Assembly (NCBI GenBank): GCA_965199495.1 | Contig: CBDASK010000003.1 | Span: forward strand, 4,096,001-4,160,000 | From: Abditibacterium sp. | GTDB lineage: Bacteria; Armatimonadota; Abditibacteriia; Abditibacteriales; Abditibacteriaceae | Reading direction: 5' to 3' | DNA length: 64,000 nt | Shown: piece after piece, positions 39,322 through 49,736 of the stretch | Position numbering within the stretch: the stretch's first letter is position 1 | Layout: each line of letters begins with the position of its first letter | Notes under the pieces: model-generated | What the model was told of the DNA's origin: nothing | Database searches by the model: none | Seen by the model: the letters and a program-made list of their open reading frames with translations, nothing else | Program-made: the position numbers and the translations under genes

Positions 39322-40077
39322 ATGATGATTTCGCTGGAAGGCCAAACCGTCGTCGTGACGGGCGGCGCGCGCCGTTTGGGACGCGCCGTGGCTCTCGAAT
39401 GCGCGCGGTCGGGCGCGAACGTCGCCATCACATTTCGCACTTCTCACGATGCAGCCACGCGCACCGTTCAAGAATTGCGAGCCATCGCGCCGCACGCGCA
39501 ATTCGCGGCTTTTCCCTTGAACATATCTTTGAGTAAAGAGGTTGTCAAGTTCGTCGAAATCATAGAAAATGAATTTGGCGGCGCGACGGCTTTGGTTAAT
39601 AACGCCGCGATTTTCGAGCGCACGCCGGTTGAGACGATGGATGAAGCCGATTTCGATGCGCATATGGATGCGAATTTGAAAGGGGCTTATCTGCTTTCGA
39701 CGCATTTCGCGCGTTTGTTCGAGCGTGGAAACGGCGGGCATATCGTCAATTTCGCCGATATTCACGCGTGGCGACCATTGAGCAACTATGTTCCTTATTG
39801 TGTTTCTAAGGCGGGCGTCGTGATGCTGACGCAGAGCATGGCCAAGGCGTTGGCACCGCGCGTGCGCGTCAATTGTATCTGTCCGGGCACGATCCTTTTG
39901 CCGCACGGGCAGGGCAGCGCGGAAATGGGCGACGAGGCGGAACTCGTGGCGCGCATTCCGTTTGGGCGCCTGGGAACCGAAGCCGAAATCGCGCGCGCGG
40001 CGGTGTTTTTGCTGGGCGGCCCGGCGTTTATTACCGGCGCGATTTTGCCCGTTGATGGCGGCGAAAGTTTGCGTTGA
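39322..40077 (+). CDS. SDR oxidoreductase (pteridine reductase/FolM-like)
   Basis: TGGARRLG, NNA, YCVSK, VDGG. Confidence 0.9.
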   Translation: MMISLEGQTVVVTGGARRLGRAVALECARSGANVAITFRTSHDAATRTVQELRAIAPHAQFAAFPLNISLSKEVVKFVEIIENEFGGATALVNNAAIFERTPVETMDEADFDAHMDANLKGAYLLSTHFARLFERGNGGHIVNFADIHAWRPLSNYVPYCVSKAGVVMLTQSMAKALAPRVRVNCICPGTILLPHGQGSAEMGDEAELVARIPFGRLGTEAEIARAAVFLLGGPAFITGAILPVDGGESLR

Positions 40078-40186
40078 AATCGTTGGCGCGTAAAAAACGT
40101 CATACTGTGTGCGCGCTGATGATATTGTGATTTTGAAGCCACGATATTTGCCAGAGTGCGCTGATTATTGGAATTGGAAAGTTCAA

Positions 40187-41173
40187 ATGGAACACGTTTT
40201 AATTGCCGAAGATAGTTTGGAAATCTCCGCGCTGATGGTGATATCTTTGCGTCTGGCTGGCTATCAGGTTTCGCAGGCGCACGATGGAAATCAGGCGCTG
40301 GAAATGGCGTCGTCTTTGCTGCCAGATCTCATATTGATGGACGTGATGATGCCCGGCATAGATGGATTTCAGGTCGCCGGAAAATTAAAAGATCAGGCTG
40401 CGACTACGGACATTCCGATTATTTTTGTGACCGCCAAAAGTGAGATTCCCGATAAAGTTCAGGGACTCGAAACGGCGGTGGATTATATCTCCAAACCGTT
40501 TGCCATGCCCGAACTGGTGGCGCGCGTGCGTTCGGCTTTGCGCATTCAACGTTTGCAGGTCGAGCTGAAGAAATCCAACGAAGAACTTTCGCGTTTGGCG
40601 CTGACCGACGGTTTGACCGGTTTATCGAATCGGCGCGGTTTCGATCAGCAGATCGAAGACGAAATTTGGCGCGCGCGGCGCTTCAATCACGGTTTGGGTT
40701 TGCTGATTTTCGATTTGGATCGCTTTAAAAGCGTCAACGACAACTGGGGCCACACGCAGGGCGACATCGTATTGCGCGCGTTCGCTGAAGTGTTGATGAA
40801 CTCGTCGCGTCGCGTGGACAAAATTGCGCGTTTTGGCGGCGAAGAGTTCGCGCTCTTGTTGCCCGGCACCGATGCCGAGGGCGTCGAGTTCGTCGGCGAG
40901 AAAGTGCGCGAAGCCACGCAACAGATGGAGGTTGAATGTCCGCCGTGCGGCGATGTCGTTTTGCGCGTCACTGTGTCGGTCGGCGGTATCACTCTGCCGA
41001 CGCTGGCCGAAAATGGCCCGTCGGTGGCTGATTTGGCGCGCGGTATGTTCGAGGTGGCTGACCATTGTTTATACGCCGCCAAAAATGGGGGCCGCAACCG
41101 CGTGGTGACGATGTCCGCAACCGAAAATGAGATCGTCAGTCGGGTGCAGATGGCCTCTCAACTCAGCCCGTAA
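40187..41173 (+). CDS. Response-regulator diguanylate cyclase
   Basis: REC domain (LMDVMMP), GGEEF with RxxD I-site. Confidence 0.93.
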   Translation: MEHVLIAEDSLEISALMVISLRLAGYQVSQAHDGNQALEMASSLLPDLILMDVMMPGIDGFQVAGKLKDQAATTDIPIIFVTAKSEIPDKVQGLETAVDYISKPFAMPELVARVRSALRIQRLQVELKKSNEELSRLALTDGLTGLSNRRGFDQQIEDEIWRARRFNHGLGLLIFDLDRFKSVNDNWGHTQGDIVLRAFAEVLMNSSRRVDKIARFGGEEFALLLPGTDAEGVEFVGEKVREATQQMEVECPPCGDVVLRVTVSVGGITLPTLAENGPSVADLARGMFEVADHCLYAAKNGGRNRVVTMSATENEIVSRVQMASQLSP

Positions 41174-41230
41174 CGCGCGCTTCAAACTAATAAGGCTCAT
41201 ATATTGCAACGAATCGAAAACGAGGGCGCT

Positions 41231-41692
41231 ATGACTTCCTTTGATATTCCCACTGGAAATGGCGGGACAATCGTTGAATTGGCCGCGCGCAAGCGTATTT
41301 TGGTCGTCGAGAGCGAAAACTCGGCTGCCGACGAATTGATTCGCATTTTGGAAGACGAGGGACACATCGTCGAAAACGCGTCCAACGCCGGAACTGCACT
41401 CTTGCATCTGCAACAGTTCAACCCGCAGTTGGTTTTGCTGGGCACCTACTTGTCCGATATGCCCGGCTATGAATTGACGGCAATTTTGCGCGGCGCGCCG
41501 CAATATGGCGCGCAGTTTCGTCATGTCGGATTATTATTCGTGGCCGACCGTCACAAGTTGCTCAAGCACCGTTTCGTTGGCGCGCCCGAAATCCCCATCG
41601 CGCAATACATTTTCAAACCGATCGACGAGGACGAAGTGCGCAGCAAAGTCGCGCGCGAAATCGAAAAGCGCAACCAAATCACGTTGTCCTAA
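41231..41692 (+). CDS. Atypical single-domain response regulator
   Basis: REC fold, phosphoacceptor position reads LVLLG, YIFKP retained. Confidence 0.8.
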   Translation: MTSFDIPTGNGGTIVELAARKRILVVESENSAADELIRILEDEGHIVENASNAGTALLHLQQFNPQLVLLGTYLSDMPGYELTAILRGAPQYGAQFRHVGLLFVADRHKLLKHRFVGAPEIPIAQYIFKPIDEDEVRSKVAREIEKRNQITLS

Positions 41693-41727
41693 AACGCTGG
41701 CTCCGAGATTGCTTTATCCTTTACCCG

Positions 41728-42231
41728 ATGAGAATCGAGTGGGATTTAAATTCGCGTCTGCGTGTGCGACCAGCGCACGAACACGATTTGCGGCCTTTGG
41801 AATGGCACGGCGGGCGCGATTTGCGCTCGTTTTACGAGGAAGTCTGGGAAAAACACGGCGCGCAGGAACTCTGTTATCTGGTCGCCGATTTCAACGGTTT
41901 TCCTGTTGGACAAGTTTTAGTGATTTGGAGCGGCAAACCCTCGCATCCTCATTTTCCCGACGTGCAATCCCTGCGCGTTCATCCGGCGTTTCGCGGGTTG
42001 GGCATCGGTTCGCGTTTGCTCGAAGCCGCCGAACAGTGCGCGCGCGAACACAGCCACGCCGAGTTGGGCTTGTCGGTCAGCATCGAAAATCCCAAGGCAC
42101 ACCGTTTATACGAGCGCTGTGGCTACGTCGTGCGCGGCGAACCGTATTTGGACGAGTGGAGCTATTGCAACGCGCGCGAAGAGTCGGTCACGCTCAGCGA
42201 AGTCGTGGTTGATTTAGTTAAACAATTGTAA
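41728..42231 (+). CDS. GNAT acetyltransferase
   Basis: VHPAFRGLGIG, N..A..LYERCGY. Confidence 0.9.
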   Translation: MRIEWDLNSRLRVRPAHEHDLRPLEWHGGRDLRSFYEEVWEKHGAQELCYLVADFNGFPVGQVLVIWSGKPSHPHFPDVQSLRVHPAFRGLGIGSRLLEAAEQCAREHSHAELGLSVSIENPKAHRLYERCGYVVRGEPYLDEWSYCNAREESVTLSEVVVDLVKQL

Positions 42232-42252
42232 ATTTGGCGATTCTACGACAGT

Positions 42253-42288
42253 AAAAAAGGCGACGAATTTTAAATTCGTCGCCTTTTT
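42253..42288. terminator. Bidirectional terminator
   Basis: AAAAAAGGCGACGAATT/AATTCGTCGCCTTTTT. Confidence 0.85.
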
Positions 42289-42300
42289 GTTTCGTCAAAA

Positions 42301-42825
42301 TTACTGCTTTGTCCGTTGTTCCAGCGCGCCTTTAACTTTGATGCGCGGCAATTCGGCTCCGGCGGTGGCTGTTCCGTTGATGCGCGGCAAAACCACGGCG
42401 GGCCGCCCCAGTTCGCGCGAGAAGTAGACGCGATAGTTGCCGAATTCCTGTTCGCGCGAAGAAGTCGTGATGACGCGGTAGACCTCGCCGCGTTTGACCT
42501 TGAAGCTCACCGCGGCATCGGGGCCATCGCCGCTGTCATCGTCTTGCGCGATCAGATTATAATCGCCGCTGGAATCGCGACGATAAATGAAAAGTTCAGA
42601 ATCCAAATCGTTGGATGTCATATCCACTTCGGCGGTGCCGCTACTGGCCACTTCCGTCACAAAAATATCGTAGTTGCGATTGTCGGTTTGATCGAAAAAA
42701 TCGCTGCTATCAATCGTTCCGTCCACTGTAAACGGCCCGCCGCTGTTGGAGTTGTGCGAGGAACCGCCGCCGCAACCGGCGAGCATAAGGGCGGAAGTGA
42801 CGCCTAAAGCGCCCAAGTATTTCAT
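42301..42825 (-). CDS. Lipoprotein with PPC-like domain
   Basis: Lipobox LAGC, Gly/Ser linker, IAQDDDSG. Confidence 0.8.
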   Translation of the reverse strand: MKYLGALGVTSALMLAGCGGGSSHNSNSGGPFTVDGTIDSSDFFDQTDNRNYDIFVTEVASSGTAEVDMTSNDLDSELFIYRRDSSGDYNLIAQDDDSGDGPDAAVSFKVKRGEVYRVITTSSREQEFGNYRVYFSRELGRPAVVLPRINGTATAGAELPRIKVKGALEQRTKQ

Positions 42826-42905
42826 GTGAAGAAGTTGCATTTCGAGGGAAGCGGACGCGATACAGTTAAGAAAGTTCAAATCAATTTTCGTATTAGGAAA
42901 ATTTT

Positions 42906-43811
42906 TTAGAACGCGCACAAATCGCGCACCGCCGCAAAGCGACGCTCGACTTCTTCCATTCCTAAATCGCGCACGCCGCCCAGCGAAAACTGCTGCACCG
43001 TGCAAGAAGCCACGGCGCCGCCATAGACGATGGCGCGGCGCAAATTGGCGTCGCTCAAATCGCCGGTTTTGGCCAGATAACCCATAATCGAACCGGCGAA
43101 CGTATCGCCCGCGCCCGTTGGGTCAACGACGGCATCGAGCGGATAGGCCGGAACGCTAAACAACGCGTCGCGCGTCAGCATCATCGAACCGTGTTCGCCC
43201 TTTTTGATGATAATGGCGCGCGGCCCCAAACCCAAAAGTTGGCGCGCGGCCTTGAGCAAATTATCTTCTTCTGTCAGCATGCGCGCCTCGCCATCGTTCA
43301 AGACCGCGATGTCCACGCGCTTGAAGACTTCCAAGACCGTGTCGCGCGCCAGATTAATCCACAAGTTCATGGTGTCGCACAGCACCAATTTCGGGTTTTC
43401 CACCTGATCCAAAACCTGCAATTGCAAACCGGGATTGATGTTGGCTAAAAAAACCAGTTCGGCTTTTTTATAGTTTTCGGGCAAGGTCGGCTCGAACGTT
43501 TCAAAGACGCCCAACTGCGTTTCGTGGGTAACAGCGGTGTTGAGGTCTTCGTTGTAATCGCCTTTCCAGCGAAAGGTTTTGCCGCCTTCGATGCGCTGCA
43601 AACCGGCCAGATCAATGCCGCGATTTTCGAGAAATTGCGTGTGCTGCGCGGGGAAATCATCGCCGACGACGCCGACCAATTGGACGGGTGCGAAAATCGA
43701 GGCGGCGGCAGCGCCATAGGTCGCGGCGCCGCCGAGTGCGTTATCTACGGTTCCGGCGGGCGTCTCGATGGAATCGAGCGCGACCGAACCGACTACTAAA
43801 ACGGAATTCAT
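42906..43811 (-). CDS. PfkB-family carbohydrate kinase
   Basis: VGSVALD, LGGAA, DPTGAGDTF. Confidence 0.93.
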   Translation of the reverse strand: MNSVLVVGSVALDSIETPAGTVDNALGGAATYGAAAASIFAPVQLVGVVGDDFPAQHTQFLENRGIDLAGLQRIEGGKTFRWKGDYNEDLNTAVTHETQLGVFETFEPTLPENYKKAELVFLANINPGLQLQVLDQVENPKLVLCDTMNLWINLARDTVLEVFKRVDIAVLNDGEARMLTEEDNLLKAARQLLGLGPRAIIIKKGEHGSMMLTRDALFSVPAYPLDAVVDPTGAGDTFAGSIMGYLAKTGDLSDANLRRAIVYGGAVASCTVQQFSLGGVRDLGMEEVERRFAAVRDLCAF

Positions 43812-43888
43812 GAACGGGCGAGTTAAACCTATTTGATTTGGCGGGACAAACGCAAAATGCCGCACAGAGCAATTCTGCGCGGCATTGG

Positions 43889-44031
43889 AGCGAATAAATT
43901 CGCAGCCACACATAACTGTCGGCCTACGCCGACACGTCACAACTTGGATAACGAAGAACCGTTCCTCATCATTCTATTTCCTTTGTGTCGGCGCAGGCCG
44001 ACAACTATTTGTGGCTGCGAATTTATTCGCT
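43889..44031. repeat. Composite REP-like inverted repeat
   Basis: AGCGAATAAATTCGCAGCCACA..TGTCGGCCTACGCCGACAC and its inverted copy. Confidence 0.8.
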
Positions 44032-44430
44032 TTGTTTCTCCACGGGCACTGCCGCCACGCGTTCCGGCGCGGTTTCTGTTTTATCCGCGACTTTCGCGTC
44101 ACCGGGTTTCGCCGCCACAACCGGCGCTTTGGGCGTTTGCGCGGCGGGATAGCCGTTGATGATGCCCGCCGCCGCCAAACGTTGCACGGCGGCAAACGCC
44201 CAGTGATCGCGTGGCACGTCGGGAAAAAAGCCAGGCATCTCTTCGGGCTTCATTGTCGAATCGGCCTGCGCGATTTTCGTTGGCACCGTTTTCGCGGCGG
44301 GCGCAATAATCGGTTTAGCCGCGACTTTCGCGGGCGCAACTTTGGCTTTGGCCGCAGTTTTGGCGGGCGCCGCCTGAACAACTGAAGCGCACAACGCGCA
44401 CGCGGTCAGGGAAAATACGAGTTTTTTCAT
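44023..44430 (-). CDS. Small SLH-domain protein
   Basis: Signal peptide, [10 protein letters not shown]...GIINGYP. Confidence 0.88.
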   Translation of the reverse strand: MKKLVFSLTACALCASVVQAAPAKTAAKAKVAPAKVAAKPIIAPAAKTVPTKIAQADSTMKPEEMPGFFPDVPRDHWAFAAVQRLAAAGIINGYPAAQTPKAPVVAAKPGDAKVADKTETAPERVAAVPVEKQSE

Positions 44431-44504
44431 GGGAATTTGCAACTTGTCAAACTGACATTTAACAGACAGCCGAAGCAGCCAAATGTTCCGCGCCAAAACG
44501 CGAT

Positions 44505-44999
44505 TTACAGCGTTTGCGGCGGCTCGAAAATCATCGCGAATTCTTCGACAAATAATGCAATTTGTCGCCCGCGAAACGCGAACCTTGCGCGCGCTTCGAT
44601 GCGCGCGGACACGCGCACATTTTCGCCGTTTAAAGTTTGAATCGTCCAAAACGGTGCCGCAATGGGAAAGCTCGGCCCGCAAATGCGCAGTCGAAAAGTT
44701 TGGTTTGCGCGCCGAAAAATCAAATGCTTGCTGTCGCGTTGCCAACTCAAGTTTTCGATTGTTTTCGGATAACCCCAGATTTCGCGCCCGCCGATTTTCG
44801 AGGCTTCCGAATTTACGCTCATCTGCACCACGCGCGGCCCCAGCCACGTCGGAACGGCCAGCGCGTGTTCGAGATACGGGCCGACGGGCGACGACGCGTA
44901 ATTCACCAATAATCGCAGCGTCAAAGGCGACGCCAAAAACGCGACGGCTTGTCCGGTCAAATGCCACGGCGCGGGCGGAATCGAAATATCTTGATTCAT
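44505..44999 (-). CDS. Acetoacetate-decarboxylase-family protein
   Basis: [24 protein letters not shown]. Confidence 0.8.
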   Translation of the reverse strand: MNQDISIPPAPWHLTGQAVAFLASPLTLRLLVNYASSPVGPYLEHALAVPTWLGPRVVQMSVNSEASKIGGREIWGYPKTIENLSWQRDSKHLIFRRANQTFRLRICGPSFPIAAPFWTIQTLNGENVRVSARIEARARFAFRGRQIALFVEEFAMIFEPPQTL

Positions 45000-45044
45000 C
45001 GAACGTCAAACGATTGTCCCGATTAAGCGTTGCGCCGCCAACGC

Positions 45045-45080
45045 AAAAGCGCCCGCACCAAAACCGGTGCGGGCGCTTTT
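45045..45080 (-). terminator. Intrinsic terminator after tkt
   Basis: AAAAGCGCCCGCACC/GGTGCGGGCGCTTTT. Confidence 0.85.
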
Positions 45081-45094
45081 ATTTTCTCCAAACG

Positions 45095-47086
45095 TTACTT
45101 CAAATTCTTCACCGCTTCCACGACGTGGCTGCTCGTCATACCCAGCTCTTCCATCGCGGTGTCGCCGGGCGCGCTCAACCCGAAACGGTCAATGCCGAGG
45201 GGAATTCCGCCGAAACCGACGTATTTCCACCACAAATAGGTGACGCCCGCTTCAACCGAAACGCGGCGCGTGATCTTCGACGGCAAAACCGATTCTTTAT
45301 ATTCATCTTCCTGGCGCTCGAAACGCTCGAAGCACGGCATCGAAACGACTCTGACGCCGCCGCCCAATTCTTTCGCCGCAGCAACGGCGAGTTGAACTTC
45401 CGAACCGGTCGCGAGGATAATCGTGTTCAACTCTTCGGTTTCCTTGACCAAAACGTAGGCGCCCTTGAAAACGCCTTCGCGCCGCGTCGCGACATCAGCC
45501 ACGTCGAGGAACGGCAAATCCTGACGGCTGAGTGCCAGCAATGTCGGGCCATCTTTTCTGTCCAAAGCCGCGACAAACGCGGCGGCGGTTTCTTCGGCGT
45601 CGGCGGGGCGAATCACGTCGAGATTGGGAATCACGCGCAAACCTGAAACGGTTTCGACCGGTTGATGCGTTGGGCCGTCTTCGCCGACGCCGACTGAATC
45701 GTGGGTGAAAATATACAAGACCGGCAAATGCGACAGCGCGGCCAGACGAATCGGCGGGCGACAATAATCGGCGAACACCAAAAACGTCGCGCCCGACGGA
45801 CGGAAAATGCCGTCGTAGGCGATGCCGTTCAAAATCGCGCCCATCGCGTGTTCGCGAATGCCGAACCAGATATTGCGGCCCAAAACGTCTTCCTTGGAAT
45901 AGTCGCCGCCGTCTTTGATATAGTTTTTGGTCGAGCCGAACAAATCGGCGCTGCCGGTAATCAGAGCGGGGACTTTCTCGGCCAAAACCTGCATGATTTC
46001 GCCGCCCGCATTGCGCGTGGCTGCTTTCTTTTTCTCGCCGCCAAATTCGGGAATCGAAGCCAACAAATCGGCGGGGATTTCGCCGCTCAAGTTGGTTTCG
46101 AGTTCTTCTTTCAAGGCCGGATTGTCTTGGCCCCACGCTTCGTAGGTGCGATTCCAATGCTCGTGCTGCTCGGCGTGCTGCTTTTTCAAATCACCGAAAT
46201 AATCGCGCACGTCGGGGCCGATATAGAAATTTTCGTCGGCGGGCAAACCCAGCAATTCGCGCGCGGCGGTTAAGAATTTGACGCCGCCTTCGCCGTGCGC
46301 TTTCTGGCTGCCAGCGATCTCGACGATGCCGCGCCCGATTTCGGTTTTGGCGACGATGAGTTTGGGTTTGCCATTTTTGTTCGATTTGGCCGCGTGAATC
46401 GCCGTCGAAATCTCGCCGAAATCGTGGCCGTTGATGACTTGAACGTCCCATTCGATGCTCTCGAACTTCTTCACCACATCGCCCGATTGCGTGACTTCGG
46501 CCATCGCGTCGAGCGTGACGCCGTTGGCGTCATAAATCAAAATCAGGTTGTCCAAACCCAAATGTCCGGCCAGCGTCACCGATTCCAGACCGACACCTTC
46601 CTGCAAACAGCCGTCTCCGCACAGACAAATGACGTGATAATCCAGAATTTTGGCGCGCGCCGTATTGAATTTTTCCATCGCGCGCTTGGCCGAAATCGCG
46701 TAGCCGACCGAGTTGCCGATGCCCTGACCGAGCGGCCCGGTCGTGGCTTCAACGCCGGGCGTTTCGTGGAATTCGGGATGGCCGGGCGTAATCGAATGCA
46801 ACTGGCGAAATTTGGATAAATCGTCGGTCGAAATGTCGTAACCCGCGATGCACAGCCACGAATACAGAAACATAGAGCCGTGTCCGGCGCTCAAAACGAA
46901 GCGGTCGCGGTTGAGCCATTTTGGGTCGGCGGGATCGCATTGAATAAGGCCGCCGCCCCACAAAGTCGCGCCAATTTCGGCGCAACCGAGCGGCAAACCC
47001 AAATGGCCAGAATTAGCTTTGTGGACGGCGTCCATCGCGAGGCCGCGCATTTGGTTGGCGGCAGTTTGAAGAATTTCGGTATTCAT
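45095..47086 (-). CDS. tkt: Transketolase
   Basis: [43 protein letters not shown]. Confidence 0.97.
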   Translation of the reverse strand: MNTEILQTAANQMRGLAMDAVHKANSGHLGLPLGCAEIGATLWGGGLIQCDPADPKWLNRDRFVLSAGHGSMFLYSWLCIAGYDISTDDLSKFRQLHSITPGHPEFHETPGVEATTGPLGQGIGNSVGYAISAKRAMEKFNTARAKILDYHVICLCGDGCLQEGVGLESVTLAGHLGLDNLILIYDANGVTLDAMAEVTQSGDVVKKFESIEWDVQVINGHDFGEISTAIHAAKSNKNGKPKLIVAKTEIGRGIVEIAGSQKAHGEGGVKFLTAARELLGLPADENFYIGPDVRDYFGDLKKQHAEQHEHWNRTYEAWGQDNPALKEELETNLSGEIPADLLASIPEFGGEKKKAATRNAGGEIMQVLAEKVPALITGSADLFGSTKNYIKDGGDYSKEDVLGRNIWFGIREHAMGAILNGIAYDGIFRPSGATFLVFADYCRPPIRLAALSHLPVLYIFTHDSVGVGEDGPTHQPVETVSGLRVIPNLDVIRPADAEETAAAFVAALDRKDGPTLLALSRQDLPFLDVADVATRREGVFKGAYVLVKETEELNTIILATGSEVQLAVAAAKELGGGVRVVSMPCFERFERQEDEYKESVLPSKITRRVSVEAGVTYLWWKYVGFGGIPLGIDRFGLSAPGDTAMEELGMTSSHVVEAVKNLK

Positions 47087-47151
47087 AATCGAAGGGGAAG
47101 AGTAGGGCCAAAGCGCGCAATTTGTCCGCGTGCTCGCCTTTCGCAGTGGTT

Positions 47152-47305
47152 ATTTTATCATTTCGAGTGCCAACAGCGTTCGTAGAGACACCGACTTGTC
47201 GTGTCTAAAACGTCAGACTCGCCGTTTGGTAAAAGCAATTTTAACGTTTTAGACACGACAAGTCGGTGTCTCTACGAACGCTGTTGGCACTCGAAATGAT
47301 AAAAT
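47152..47305. repeat. 62-bp perfect inverted repeat containing a GTAG-REP doublet
   Basis: Arms 47152-47213 and 47244-47305; GTAGAGACACCGACTTGTCGTGTCT core at 47182. Confidence 0.92.
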
Positions 47306-47312
47306 TTAAGTC

Positions 47313-48737
47313 ATGTCTTCTCGACCGTCTCCGTCTTACTCGCTCACTTTGCGCATCGAATATCCCAATTCCGTTGGAATGTTGGGCCGCATAACTTCGC
47401 TGATTGGCGAAATGGGCGGCGACATCGGCGCCATTGACATCGTGACTTCGACCAAAGGTGTCATGACGCGCGACATCACCTTTTCGGCCAACGATGTCGC
47501 GCACGGCCAGGAAATCGTCAACGCCGTGCGCGCGACTGGTTTGGTGGATGTCGTTCAGGTTTCGGACAGAACTTTTCTGCTGCATTTGGGCGGCAAATTG
47601 GAAATCACCGCCAAAAACCCGATCAAAACGCGCGACGATATTTCGATGCTCTACACGCCGGGCGTTTCGCGCATCGTCGAGAAAATCGTCGAAAACCCCG
47701 ACGACGCTTATAATTTGACCATCAAGAAAAACACCGTCGCCGTCGTGACCGACGGAAGCGAAGTTTTGGGTTTGGGCGCGGCTGGCCCGGCGGCGGCGTT
47801 GCCAGTTTTAGAAGCCAAAGCGATTTTGCTCAAAGAGTTCGCTGGCGTCGACGCATTTCCGCTTCCGCTCGACGCGCAGGGAGACGCCAATTTCGTGGCG
47901 GCGGTCAAAGCGATTGCGCCGTCGTTTGGCGCGATTCATCTGGAAGACATCAAGGCGCCGCGCTGTTTTCGTCTCGAAAAACAGTTGCAAGAAGCTTTGG
48001 CAATTCCGGTTTTTCATAACGATCAGCACGGCACCGCGATTGTCGCGCTCGCGGGTTTGATGAACGCTTTGAAGTTGGTGCGCAAGAATCCTGAATCGCT
48101 CAAAGTCGTGATTAACGGCGCCGAGGCCGCCGGTGTAGCCACGGCGTGGCTGCTCGAAGCGTGGGGCGTCAAAGATGTGATCGTGTGCGACGAAAAAGGC
48201 ACGCTGGGAACCTTTCGCGCCGATGTTGACGACTCGACATTGCGCCATTTGTGCGAGACGACCAATCCGCGCAAAGTCGAAGGCACATTGGAAACCGCGC
48301 TGCAAGGCGCCGATGTTTTGCTGGGCTTTGGCCGTCGCCGCGTGTTGGAAGCGGGCGCCATTGGCACGATGGCCAAAGACCCAATTGTTTTCGCGATGGC
48401 CAATCCCTATCCCGAAGTTGATCCGACTTCCATCGAAGGCGTGGCGCGCGTCATCGCGACCGGCAAAAGCGATTTTCCCAACCAAATCAACAATATGCTC
48501 GCCTTTCCCGGCGTGATGCGCGGCTTGTTAGATGCGCGCGCCAGCACGGTGAACAACGAAATGAAATTAGCCGCCGCCGCCGCGATTGCGGGTATCGTCG
48601 GGCCGGATGAATTGAACGAAGATTACGTGATTCCCAGCGTTTTCAATCGCCGCGTTGCGGGCGAAGTCGCCAAAGCCGTCGTCAAAGCCGCGCAGGCGAG
48701 CGGCGTTTCGCATCGCATCGCGCGCGCGAGTTTGTAA
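47313..48737 (+). CDS. ACT-domain malic enzyme homologue (degenerate motifs)
   Basis: N-terminal ACT domain, YTPGV, LEDI, QHGTA, ANP.PE, NQINN. Confidence 0.88.
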   Translation: MSSRPSPSYSLTLRIEYPNSVGMLGRITSLIGEMGGDIGAIDIVTSTKGVMTRDITFSANDVAHGQEIVNAVRATGLVDVVQVSDRTFLLHLGGKLEITAKNPIKTRDDISMLYTPGVSRIVEKIVENPDDAYNLTIKKNTVAVVTDGSEVLGLGAAGPAAALPVLEAKAILLKEFAGVDAFPLPLDAQGDANFVAAVKAIAPSFGAIHLEDIKAPRCFRLEKQLQEALAIPVFHNDQHGTAIVALAGLMNALKLVRKNPESLKVVINGAEAAGVATAWLLEAWGVKDVIVCDEKGTLGTFRADVDDSTLRHLCETTNPRKVEGTLETALQGADVLLGFGRRRVLEAGAIGTMAKDPIVFAMANPYPEVDPTSIEGVARVIATGKSDFPNQINNMLAFPGVMRGLLDARASTVNNEMKLAAAAAIAGIVGPDELNEDYVIPSVFNRRVAGEVAKAVVKAAQASGVSHRIARASL

Positions 48738-48798
48738 ATTTCGGGCGAAATTAAAGCCGCGCCGATAGGTTTCGGCGCAGCTTTGTTTTCGTGTCGGC

Positions 48799-49689
48799 TT
48801 ATTCTTCGTCCGGATCGGTGAGAACTGCGGTTATGAAGCTATCCAGATAAGATTGATTGATGGTGTTCAAGGTCTCCGCAATTTTGGGCGGAGGGACAAC
48901 TGTGACTTCCGGTTTGCCGTCGTTGGCTTGTCCCATTCCCACTTCGGATTTGACGAGACCTTGCAGCAGTTGAATCAAGCCTCCGATTTGTCCTGTCTTC
49001 ATATTTTGAGTGGGCGTCTGTGCATCAGCCAACGCCAAAACTTGATTGAACGAATCTAACGCGCCTTTAAAGTCGCGCTGATTCATATCAACTTCGCCTC
49101 TTTTGATCAGAGCCAACAGACGATAACCCGAATCCCCCTTGCTGTATTCGGTGATTTGCTTCAACTCTTGCTGCGCCAAATCGTATTGTTTAGTGGCGGC
49201 GTAAGCGTTGGCCAATGCAAAGTTAAACGGCGCGAGAGTCTGTTTGCCTTCTGCTGTGTTGGCGTCCGTTATTTGAGTCTTGAGACTTTCGATGAAGGTT
49301 TTGTATTCGGGAATCGCTTTGTCGAATTGGCCCTGCGCGTCATAACTCCGCGCGAAACCAAAATGCGCGAAAGCGTGCGAACTTTCGTCATCGTTGTCGG
49401 GCAACGCGAGAATTTTCGTCCATTGCTGTTGCGCCTCGTCATACATTTTGCGGCGATAATACGATTCGCCCAGCAAAGTCAACGCCTCGCCAGTTTCTTC
49501 GGGCGATGCAGCCACGGCGAGCGACTCGGCGACATCCTTAGTGGCGGCCTCATATTTTTCGCTTTTGAAATCGCGTTGGCCCGCCGCAAGCGCGGTTTCG
49601 TAAGTCGTCGGTTGCGCGTCTTGCGCGTGGCTGCTGTTGGCAAAGCCCGCACACAAAATCGCGCAGAGAACGAGAGTTGAATTTTTCAT
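48799..49689 (-). CDS. Exported TPR protein
   Basis: Signal peptide and several TPR repeats. Confidence 0.8.
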   Translation of the reverse strand: MKNSTLVLCAILCAGFANSSHAQDAQPTTYETALAAGQRDFKSEKYEAATKDVAESLAVAASPEETGEALTLLGESYYRRKMYDEAQQQWTKILALPDNDDESSHAFAHFGFARSYDAQGQFDKAIPEYKTFIESLKTQITDANTAEGKQTLAPFNFALANAYAATKQYDLAQQELKQITEYSKGDSGYRLLALIKRGEVDMNQRDFKGALDSFNQVLALADAQTPTQNMKTGQIGGLIQLLQGLVKSEVGMGQANDGKPEVTVVPPPKIAETLNTINQSYLDSFITAVLTDPDEE

Positions 49690-49736
49690 AAATGCGGAGT
49701 TTTAACGCGAATGATTTTCCAAAGTTTCAACGAATT

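Noticed and set aside
45095..47086. Transketolase N-terminus reminiscent of Verrucomicrobia (possible horizontal transfer)
   Set aside because: Impression from memory only; needs a phylogeny.
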